A DNA stretch of 64,000 nt from Paracoccaceae bacterium (GTDB taxonomy: Bacteria; Pseudomonadota; Alphaproteobacteria; Rhodobacterales; Rhodobacteraceae). This document shows, piece after piece, positions 8,947 to 16,833 of this stretch. The DNA lies in contig JANPOY010000234.1 in NCBI GenBank assembly GCA_031428215.1, forward strand, positions 57,790 through 121,789. The letters run 5' to 3'. Position 1 is the stretch's first letter, and every line of letters begins with the position of its first letter. A program made the translations under genes and the position numbers. The notes under the pieces were generated by a model that worked only from the letters and a program-made list of their open reading frames with translations, was not told the DNA's origin and ran no database searches.

Positions 8947-9836
8947 CACGCCACCTCATGTCCCATGGCCAGAGCATAAAGTTCGAACCATGTCTGGCGG
9001 TCGATCTGCACCTTCAGCGCATCGCTGATGCCCGCAATCCGATCCAATGAATTGGTGCCAAGCACCGGCATGATCCGTGCTGGATGGCGCAACAGCCAAG
9101 CCACCGCGACGGCAGACCAGTCGGTGCCGTGCGCCGCTCCGATTTCGGTCAACCGCGCGCGCAGTCCGCCATCGGCCTCGGCCAGCAACCGCCCCCCTGC
9201 CAGCGGCGACCATGCCATGATCGCGGTGCCCTGCTCTTGATGAAACGCCACATCGCCATTGGTCAGGCTGTCATGCGCCAGCAGGCTCAACTCGATCTGA
9301 TTGGTCGCAAGCCGCGCTGTCATCGCCGATTGCAACAGCGCCAGATCCCAGGGGCGAAAGTTCGAAACCCCCAACGCCCGCACTTTGCCCGAGGCCACAA
9401 GCGCATCGAGCGCCGCCCCCGTCTCGTGATGATCCATCAGCGGATCGGGGCGGTGGATCAGCAAAAGGTCAATTGTTTCAATGGCCATATCGCGCAAAGA
9501 CGCCTCAACCGATGCGTTGATATGCGCGCCAGAGGTGTCGTAATGTTTGACCCGCGCGCCCGCATGACGGCCTGCCGGAGCGACGATACCGCATTTCGTC
9601 ACGATCTCCATCCGGTCGCGCAAACCGGGGGCCGCCCGCAGTGCCGCGCCAAGCAGCGCCTCGGCGGTGTAGCCGCCATAGATATCGGCCTGATCAAATG
9701 AGGTGATGCCCTGGGCCAGACAGGCCTCGATCTTGGCCTGTACATGGGCCGGGCTGGTGTCGGCATCATCCCCCAGCCGCCACATGCCATATACCAGACG
9801 CGACAAGGTGGTGTTGCCCAAAGAAACCCGTTCCAT
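8946..9836 (-). CDS. Aldo/keto reductase (SmoB-like 6-oxo-glucose reductase candidate)
   Basis: Motifs FDQADIYG, IVTKCG, DLLLIHRPD, GVSNF and MAWSPLAGG. TGATG coupling with the monooxygenase gene. Confidence 0.88.
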   Translation of the reverse strand: MERVSLGNTTLSRLVYGMWRLGDDADTSPAHVQAKIEACLAQGITSFDQADIYGGYTAEALLGAALRAAPGLRDRMEIVTKCGIVAPAGRHAGARVKHYDTSGAHINASVEASLRDMAIETIDLLLIHRPDPLMDHHETGAALDALVASGKVRALGVSNFRPWDLALLQSAMTARLATNQIELSLLAHDSLTNGDVAFHQEQGTAIMAWSPLAGGRLLAEADGGLRARLTEIGAAHGTDWSAVAVAWLLRHPARIMPVLGTNSLDRIAGISDALKVQIDRQTWFELYALAMGHEVA

Positions 9837-10993
9837 CAGCGGCGCACTCCGTTGCCCAGCGGTGTCGCCGGGGTGTCTTTGGGTACCCGACCATAGGCAT
9901 GGGGCAATGAGCAGGTTTTCAGATGTGGCAGCACTTTTGTGCCAAAATGCGCGGCCTCATCCTTGTGGGGATAACCCGAGAAGATGAAGGCGCGGATGCC
10001 CATTTTCTGATAGGCCTCGATTTCAGACAGCACCTGATCGGTTGACCCCACCAGCGCAGCCCCGCAGCCAGACCGCGCTCGGCCGATCCCGGTCCACATA
10101 TGCGGTTCAATGTAACCGAACTGATCGGCCAGTTCGCGCGCGCGGGCCTGATGTGCTACCCCAAGGGAAATGCTGTCATGCCCCCGCTCACGGATCAGCT
10201 TGCCATACTCGTCGTCCAGCTGGCTGGCGATATGGTCGGCATATTCCTTGGCTTCGGCCTCGGTGTCGCGCACGATCATGTGGACGCGCAGGCCGTAATC
10301 CAGCGTGCGCCCATGCGCCGCCGCCCGCGCATGCACGGCGCGCATCCGTTCTGCCAGCGTTTCGCGGATTTCGGGCCACATCAGGTAGACATCGCACTGC
10401 GCGCCGCACAGTTCTAAGGCATCCGGGGAATAACCCCCAAAATACAACAGCGGCCCGCCGTTCTGCTGATAAGGTCGGGCGGGGTCAGAGGACAGTTTGC
10501 TGATCTTGTATATCTCGCCGTCATACTCGATGTGATCGCGCGTCCAGGCCTGACGCAGGATTTCCACCACCTCATGGCTGCGCCGATAGCGAAAGGCGCT
10601 GTCGGCCACTTCGCCCGGAAAGTCCGACGAGATCACATTCAGCGTCAACCGGCCCTTCAGCATATGGTCCAGCGTGGCGATCGTGCGGGCCAGCATCACC
10701 GGCTGCACTTCCCCACAGCGAATTGCGGCCAGAAAGTTGATCGACGCGGTGATCGGCGCGCAACCGGCCACGAAGGACAGCGTGTCCTGCCCCACCTGAT
10801 AGGACGACGGGCACAAGATGTTGCGGAAACCGTGGCTTTCGGCCGCTTTGACGATGCCCGAACAATGCTCCCAACTCGACCGCAACGAGCCGTCCGGTTG
10901 TCCCAGAAACTGATAGTCGTCAGAACAAAGTGCCGCGAACCAGCTGACTTCGGCTGCGTCCAAATCAGGGGATGTGATCGGCACGACAGCCAT
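9836..10993 (-). CDS. LLM-class flavin-dependent monooxygenase, SsuD-like; sulfoquinovose monooxygenase (SmoC/SquD) candidate
   Basis: Motifs ATLDHMLKGRLTLNVI, PLLYFGGYS, WTGIGRARSGCGAALVGS and FIFSGYPH. Operonic with an AKR and a flavin reductase. Confidence 0.85.
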   Translation of the reverse strand: MAVVPITSPDLDAAEVSWFAALCSDDYQFLGQPDGSLRSSWEHCSGIVKAAESHGFRNILCPSSYQVGQDTLSFVAGCAPITASINFLAAIRCGEVQPVMLARTIATLDHMLKGRLTLNVISSDFPGEVADSAFRYRRSHEVVEILRQAWTRDHIEYDGEIYKISKLSSDPARPYQQNGGPLLYFGGYSPDALELCGAQCDVYLMWPEIRETLAERMRAVHARAAAHGRTLDYGLRVHMIVRDTEAEAKEYADHIASQLDDEYGKLIRERGHDSISLGVAHQARARELADQFGYIEPHMWTGIGRARSGCGAALVGSTDQVLSEIEAYQKMGIRAFIFSGYPHKDEAAHFGTKVLPHLKTCSLPHAYGRVPKDTPATPLGNGVRR

Positions 10994-11042
10994 CGATTCT
11001 CTCTCCCAAAGAGTCAGCTTTGCCCTTGCGTAGCACTCAAAA

Positions 11043-11065
11043 TGATATAGATCAATACTGTATCA
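11043..11065. promoter_or_regulatory. Candidate GntR (SmoD-like) operator TGATATAG-N7-CTGTATCA
   Basis: Inverted repeat matching at 7 of 8 positions, in the AT-rich spacer between the divergent monooxygenase and GntR genes. Confidence 0.5.
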
Positions 11066-11085
11066 ATTTGCAGGATGTCACGCCG

Positions 11086-11787
11086 ATGGCCGCGCCGGGA
11101 TCTTTGCCGCTTTACATGCAGATCAGCGAGTTGCTGATCCGTGACATCGCGGCGGGTCGGCTGATCGACGGCGAAAAGCTGCCACCCGAGCGCGATATGG
11201 CGACCCAGTTGGGCATTGCAGTGGGCACTCTGCGGCAGGCGTTGAAAGATCTGACGGCCAAGGGGATGCTGGCCCGCGTGCAGGGGTCGGGGAACTATAT
11301 CCAGGCCAAGGCAGACCCGGCCTCGGTTTACGCGCTGTTGCGGATTGAACTTGCCAGTGGCGGCGGCCTGCCCACAGCGCGCGTGCTGTCGGTGGACCGC
11401 GTGGCCAAAGACCCGCGCCTGCCCAGGTTCGGCATCAGCGATGAGGGCCACCGCATTCGCCGGCTGCGTTTTTTGTCCAGCGTTGTCGCGGCGGTGGAAG
11501 AGATCTGGCTGGACGCAAGCTATGCCCCGCACATCGCCATCGACGCGCTTTCGGAGTCGCTTTACCTTTATTACCGCCAACGACTTGGCCTGTGGATCGC
11601 GCGGGCCGAAGACAGCATCGGCATGGGTCCGTTGCCCGACTGGGCCCCGACGGCGTTTCCGCATCCACCGGGCAAGGCTTTGCCTCTGATCACCCGCATC
11701 AGCCATGACCAGGAGGGTCGCGCCGCCGAGGCCTCTTGGACATGGTATGACCCCGAAACCGTGCGCTATGTGGCGCGACTGAAATAG
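11086..11787 (+). CDS. GntR family regulator, HutC/UTRA type (SmoD-like)
   Basis: wHTH PLYMQISELL...KLPPERDMA...TLRQAL...RVQGSGNY followed by a UTRA-like C-terminus. Confidence 0.9.
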   Translation: MAAPGSLPLYMQISELLIRDIAAGRLIDGEKLPPERDMATQLGIAVGTLRQALKDLTAKGMLARVQGSGNYIQAKADPASVYALLRIELASGGGLPTARVLSVDRVAKDPRLPRFGISDEGHRIRRLRFLSSVVAAVEEIWLDASYAPHIAIDALSESLYLYYRQRLGLWIARAEDSIGMGPLPDWAPTAFPHPPGKALPLITRISHDQEGRAAEASWTWYDPETVRYVARLK

Positions 11788-11795
11788 GCAGTATA

Positions 11796-12926
11796 ATGAA
11801 ATCAGTGCGTTACGGGATTATCGGCTGCGGCATGATGGGTCAGGAACACCTGCGCAACATCGCGCTTTTGCCAGATGCCGAGGTGGTGGCGATATTCGAG
11901 CCCGACGCCGCAATGCGGGCCCGTGCCGCCGCACTGGTGCCACAGGCGCAGCTTGCAGGGTCTGTGGCCGAGGTTCTGACGGTTCCTGCGGTGAACTGCC
12001 TGCTGATCGCCTCGCCCAACCACATGCATCTTGGCCAACTGGAAGACATCGCCGCCCTTCGTCCGCTGCCTGTGCTGGTGGAAAAGCCGCTGTTCACCGA
12101 TGAGGCTGACGTTGCCCGACTGGCCCGCTTGCGCGCCCGCTACACCGCGCCGATCTGGGTGGCGATGGAATACCGCTTCATGCCGCCCGTGGCTCATCTG
12201 ATCCGCGAAGCACAGGCGGCCACAGGTGGTATCAAGATGCTGACCATCCGCGAACACCGCTTTCCCTTTCTGGAAAAAATCGGCGACTGGAACCGCTTCA
12301 ACCGCAACACCGGCGGGACTCTGGTGGAGAAATGCTGCCACTTCTTCGACCTGATGCGCCTGATTGCAGGCTGTGATCCGGTGCGGGTCATGGCCTCGGG
12401 CGGGCAGGCGGTGAACCATCTGGACGAGGTTTACGGCGGCCAGACCCCGGATATCTGGGACAGTGCCTATGTGATCGTCGATTTCGAAAACGGCTTGCGC
12501 GCCATGCTGGAGCTGTGCATGTTCGCCGAAGGTGCGCGCTATCAGGAAGAGATTTCGGCGGTTGGCCCCAAGGGCAAGATCGAATGCCTTGTTCCCGGTC
12601 CGGGCCGGTTCTGGCCGACGCATCTGGGCGCAGCACCCACGCCGCAGGTTGTGGTCAGCCCACGCCACCCCGCCGGACCGCAGGTGCTGGAGGTGCCGGT
12701 TGACCCGATGCTGTTGCAGGCGGGCGATCACAACGGATCAACCTTTTATCAGCACCGCCACTTTGCCGATGTGGTGGCAAAGGGCACTGCGCCGCAAGTC
12801 AGCCTTGATGACGGCTGGTGGGCGGTGGCCATCGGCAAGGCAGCACAGGTCTCAGCCAGCACAGGGCAGGTCATCACAGGTCAGGCGTTGCGGGCTTTTG
12901 CCCCCTCTTCGGCAACGCGCGCTTGA
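11796..12926 (+). CDS. Gfo/Idh/MocA-fold NAD-dependent enzyme; candidate GH188 sulfoquinovosidase (SqgA-like)
   Basis: Rossmann motif YGIIGCGMMG, plus SPNHMH, VEKPL, EHRFPFL and GGTLVEKCCHFFD. Lies in an SMO-like cluster that has no GH31 gene. Confidence 0.8.
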   Translation: MKSVRYGIIGCGMMGQEHLRNIALLPDAEVVAIFEPDAAMRARAAALVPQAQLAGSVAEVLTVPAVNCLLIASPNHMHLGQLEDIAALRPLPVLVEKPLFTDEADVARLARLRARYTAPIWVAMEYRFMPPVAHLIREAQAATGGIKMLTIREHRFPFLEKIGDWNRFNRNTGGTLVEKCCHFFDLMRLIAGCDPVRVMASGGQAVNHLDEVYGGQTPDIWDSAYVIVDFENGLRAMLELCMFAEGARYQEEISAVGPKGKIECLVPGPGRFWPTHLGAAPTPQVVVSPRHPAGPQVLEVPVDPMLLQAGDHNGSTFYQHRHFADVVAKGTAPQVSLDDGWWAVAIGKAAQVSASTGQVITGQALRAFAPSSATRA

Positions 12927-13024
12927 CCACACGGACGACGGCACGCCTTGACGCTGGCCTTGCGCGCCCATGGGGCAGCGACACGGCATAAGCCAACGGC
13001 TTGTCAATCCACCTGCGGCCATGC

Positions 13025-13864
13025 CTATGGCGCGTTCAGGGTCAGTTCCAACTGGCAGCGGTGGCCTGCGGGAATGCTGCCGTCCGGGTTCGGCAGCGAC
13101 AGCCGGATTCCGAAGGTGCCGGACGCGGCGTCAAAGACCCGATCAATGACTTGCAGCTCTGCTGCGAACGCGCCTGCGACCGGGGCATCCGGTTTCACCT
13201 GGATCGTCATGCCGGGGGACAACAGCGGATAGTTGGTGACGGGCAGAAAAGCCTCGACATGCAACGGGTTGATCTGGGCGACGGTCACGACGCTGTCTTC
13301 GCTGCCCAGAAATTCACCGGCGTAAAGGTGGCGGATCACCACCAAGCCGTCGATCGGGCTGCGTATCACGCGCTGGTCCAGTTGCGCCCGCGCACGCTGC
13401 AATTCCAACCCGATCACCTCGCGCCGCATTTCTGCGATGACATGTTCTCGGGTGATGACATCGACCTCGGCTTCGGCCGCCTCCAACTTTTCAAGCGTGC
13501 CGACATTGCGACCTGCAAGGTCGCGGGCGCGCTCCAGCCGCTTCTGCGCCAATTCCAGCCGGCTGGTCTGCGCCTCGATTTCGGCTGTGCTGCGCGCCTG
13601 AATTTCCAGCAGTTCAACGGTCTTGGCCTCAACCTCAGAGCGCAGCCGGGCAATCACCTGTCCTGCCTTCAGGGTGTCGCCCTGATCTACCAGGACTTCG
13701 GCCAGCAGGCCGGATACGGGCGATCCGACCCGCACCGTGACAGCCGGTGTGATCACGCAATCAAAGGTTTCGGCCTGCGCCGCGCCGACTCCGACTCCGG
13801 CTGCAAGGCACGAAACGGCGATGCAAAGGCAAGTGACGTGCGACATTGATGGTTTTTTCCTCAT
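13025..13864 (-). CDS. Membrane-fusion protein / periplasmic adaptor (HlyD/RND MFP family), short form with a signal peptide
   Basis: Signal-like LAAGVGVGAAQA, lipoyl half-motifs VGSPVSGLLAEVLVDQGD and IRSPIDGLV, a coiled coil, and VFDAASGTFGIR. ATGA overlap with the SecA-like gene. Confidence 0.88.
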   Translation of the reverse strand: MRKKPSMSHVTCLCIAVSCLAAGVGVGAAQAETFDCVITPAVTVRVGSPVSGLLAEVLVDQGDTLKAGQVIARLRSEVEAKTVELLEIQARSTAEIEAQTSRLELAQKRLERARDLAGRNVGTLEKLEAAEAEVDVITREHVIAEMRREVIGLELQRARAQLDQRVIRSPIDGLVVIRHLYAGEFLGSEDSVVTVAQINPLHVEAFLPVTNYPLLSPGMTIQVKPDAPVAGAFAAELQVIDRVFDAASGTFGIRLSLPNPDGSIPAGHRCQLELTLNAP

Positions 13865-15891
13865 TCCGGCTTTCCACTGAAGGCCAACATCGTGCCCAAC
13901 CGGCGGTCCTGGTCCAGCAGGATGCGACGGGCACGGGCATGGGCGCGTTCGGCGCGCTTCTGGGCACGCCGAAAAAGCTGCAGCGCCGCGAGACGGCCCA
14001 ACGCGCCGGGCAGTCGCGCCAGACGCACCAGCAGCCCTTTCCGCGCCGAGGTGTTTTCAAGAAGCGTGTCTTCCAGCGACAGCATCGCCTCGCTGGACCC
14101 CGGTTCGCCGCAGCGCGCGGTGCGGCCGACCAGCTGGCGGTCAATCCGCTTGGAATCGTGCCATTCCGTGAGGATCACGTGCAGCCCGCCCCTTTCGGCA
14201 ACCTCAGCGCCCAGCGCGATGTCCACGCCGCGACCAGCCATGTTGGTGGCCACCGTCACGCGCGCCGTCTCACCGGCATGGGCAATGATTTCCGCCTCAG
14301 CTTTTTCGTTTTTGGCATTCAAGAGATCATGCGGAATGCCAAGTGCCGCAAGGTGTTGCGCTGCCTGCTCTGATGCCGCAACCGACCTTGTGCCAATCAG
14401 CACCGGTCGACCGGACGCCTGCAAAGCCTGCGCCCGCGCCGCAACCGCGCGCCACCGCGCATCAGAGGTGGCGAACAACCGCATAGGGTCATATCGGCGC
14501 TGCGACGGCGCGTTGGTCGGGATCGCAACCACGTTCAGCCGGTAAACCGTGGAAAGCTCTGCCGCAACCTCGCGCGCCGTTCCGGTCATCCCGGCGAGGT
14601 GATTGTAGCGCCGAAAAAATCTCTGATAGGTGATGCGCGCCATCACATCCTTGCGCGGGGTGACTTCGACCCCTTCCTTGGCTTCGACCAGCTGGTGCAT
14701 GCCGTCGTTCCAGGACCGCTCTTCCATCACCCGGCCAGAGTATTCGTCAACGATCAACACCTTCCCGTCGGCAACAATGTAATGATCGCCTTCGTTGAAC
14801 AGACACCGTGCCGTCAATGCCTGACTGACGGCCTGCTCACGGCGGATGCGGTTTGCCCAAATCCCGCCGGTGTGCCGACCCAGACGCTCCAAAGTGACTT
14901 TGCCCCTGTCGGTCAACGCCACCCGACGCTCACGCTGGTGGATCACATAGTCGCGATCTTCAAACAACGAGCGGGCCATCTGATGCGCAGTTTCGGCCCA
15001 GATGCGTTCAGCGTCGGCGTCCGTTTCTCGCGACAAAATGAGCGGCGTGCGGGCCTCGTCGATCAGAACGCTGTCGGCTTCATCCACGATGGCGAAAAAC
15101 AGACCGCGCATCACCGGCGGATCGCCCTGCCCGTCGGGATCAAAAAATTGCCGCAACTTGAGCGAGATGTTTTGCGGCGGCCCCCCGAACTTGACGCGGT
15201 CGCGCAGGTAGTCGAACACGATTTCCTTGTTGGACGCGTAAACGATGTCGCTGCGATAAATCCGGCGACGCTCTGATGGCGGCAAGCCGTGTTTCAACGT
15301 ACCGACTGTCAGACCCAATCTTGCAAAGAGCGGGCGCATTTTTTCCGCATCGCGATCCGCGAGATAATCGTTGACGGTCACCACATGAACCGGAATGCCC
15401 GCCAGCCCTGCTGCCCCGGCGGTCAACGTCGCGGTCAGCGTCTTGCCCTCGCCGGTTGCCATTTCGGCCACAGCACCGCGCACCATGGCCAGCGCGCCCA
15501 GCAGTTGCACCTTGTGGTGATAAAGCCCGAGGATGCGGCGCGACACCTCCCGGATCAGCGCAAATGCCTCGACCAGGTTTTCGTCGGTCAACCCTTGCCT
15601 GCAGGCGCGGCCGTGGACCGCCGCGATCCTTGCATCAAGGGCCGCGTCCTCCAGCGCTGCTATCGGTTTCGCCCGCGCTACCGTCCGCGCAAGCAAAAGC
15701 CGCAACCGCAGCCGGAACAACGGCACTGACAAACGGCCATAGACATAGCGCGCGGCGGCCTCGGCAGGGTCAAGCCAATGATGGCGCGGTTCTTCGCGCT
15801 CGGGGTAAAGAACCAGCGCAGGAGACGAAAAAGCGTCGCCCCGAAGGGCGGCGCCAGTTTTTCGATCGGCCCAAGGGCCGAAATCAAGCAT
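13861..15891 (-). CDS. Accessory SecA-like DEAD-motor ATPase, C-terminally truncated (676 aa)
   Basis: Motifs EMATGEGKT, HVVTVNDYLA, FDYLRD, IVDEADSVLIDEARTPL, GMTGTA, VATNMAGRGVDI and RIDRQLVGR. The protein ends about 70 aa after SLED, without the wing domain, two-helix finger or C-terminal tail. Confidence 0.92.
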   Translation of the reverse strand: MLDFGPWADRKTGAALRGDAFSSPALVLYPEREEPRHHWLDPAEAAARYVYGRLSVPLFRLRLRLLLARTVARAKPIAALEDAALDARIAAVHGRACRQGLTDENLVEAFALIREVSRRILGLYHHKVQLLGALAMVRGAVAEMATGEGKTLTATLTAGAAGLAGIPVHVVTVNDYLADRDAEKMRPLFARLGLTVGTLKHGLPPSERRRIYRSDIVYASNKEIVFDYLRDRVKFGGPPQNISLKLRQFFDPDGQGDPPVMRGLFFAIVDEADSVLIDEARTPLILSRETDADAERIWAETAHQMARSLFEDRDYVIHQRERRVALTDRGKVTLERLGRHTGGIWANRIRREQAVSQALTARCLFNEGDHYIVADGKVLIVDEYSGRVMEERSWNDGMHQLVEAKEGVEVTPRKDVMARITYQRFFRRYNHLAGMTGTAREVAAELSTVYRLNVVAIPTNAPSQRRYDPMRLFATSDARWRAVAARAQALQASGRPVLIGTRSVAASEQAAQHLAALGIPHDLLNAKNEKAEAEIIAHAGETARVTVATNMAGRGVDIALGAEVAERGGLHVILTEWHDSKRIDRQLVGRTARCGEPGSSEAMLSLEDTLLENTSARKGLLVRLARLPGALGRLAALQLFRRAQKRAERAHARARRILLDQDRRLGTMLAFSGKPE

Positions 15892-16717
15892 CCGACTTGG
15901 ACAATGACTTGGCGGTGTCCGGCGTGTCTTCGGTCACGGCTTCTTCGACCTTTTCAGCCGATTGGGCCGAACGAAATCCGGCATCGACGCCCGTGTCACC
16001 ATCGACCGAGAACCGCTCCGCGATAGACCCGAAGTGCCGCTGCGAACTCAGATGCAGGAAAATGCACTCAAGCTCGTCGGTGCGCAGCATCTTGCCCAGA
16101 TCTTCATTCGAAATCGCCTTGAGCTTTTCACGATCCACAGTCTGAAAGCCGGACAATGACTGACGCTCACCCGAGGGCATGTTGAATTGGGCTTCCATCG
16201 GGCGCAAAAGCGAAAGCTCAACCAGGCGTTTGCAGAACAACTGCGTGCGGTTGAACCGTTGTTGATAGTCCTGCAGGAAGGCCAGCACGTTCTTCAGGTA
16301 TTGCGTCTGGTTGCCATCCGAGTCGAACAACCGCTCACCGCGGTCCTTTTCGTTGCAGCCTTCAAAACTTTCGTCGATGTGCAGGATCAGTTGTTTGCCG
16401 GTCTGATCTTGAGAGAAAACGAAAGGATACCGGCGGACAAAAGCCGGGACGTATTTACCACCCCAGGTGCCGTCTTCTTTGACGAAAAGGTTTTTCGTAG
16501 CGGTGGCGCCAAGGATGGCGCAGGGCATCACATTCTCTGCGTTCCCGGTAAAAACAATCGGATATTCAGCGGCGGCTTGACCAAATTCAATGGCGGTCAG
16601 GGGTACGGAGTTTACCTTTTGGGCGAAATTGTAATTTGCGCCGGTCTTGACTGACATCTTCTTGTGACGCGCCGAACTGACAGGCTGGGCGTTCTCATAA
16701 AACAGCAACTGGGCCAT
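15884..16717 (-). CDS. SapC family protein
   Basis: Motifs VPLTAIEF, YPIVF, NLFV, YVPAFVRRYPF and RLFDSDG. Start at MAQLLFYE after RBS AAAGGA. Confidence 0.85.
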   Translation of the reverse strand: MAQLLFYENAQPVSSARHKKMSVKTGANYNFAQKVNSVPLTAIEFGQAAAEYPIVFTGNAENVMPCAILGATATKNLFVKEDGTWGGKYVPAFVRRYPFVFSQDQTGKQLILHIDESFEGCNEKDRGERLFDSDGNQTQYLKNVLAFLQDYQQRFNRTQLFCKRLVELSLLRPMEAQFNMPSGERQSLSGFQTVDREKLKAISNEDLGKMLRTDELECIFLHLSSQRHFGSIAERFSVDGDTGVDAGFRSAQSAEKVEEAVTEDTPDTAKSLSKSDA

Positions 16718-16833
16718 GGGAGGATCCTTTGTTGTTGAAAATGAAGTGGGGAAACGAACCAATAAATACAGCCTTCAAGATACCAGCAAGGCTATGTGAA
16801 ACAAGGTTTTTCTTGCAAATGTCGGGTCTGGTG

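Noticed and set aside
13861-15891. Housekeeping secA or a secA pseudogene
   Set aside because: Too short and in the wrong context for housekeeping secA. The intact motor motifs and overlaps with both neighbours argue against decay.
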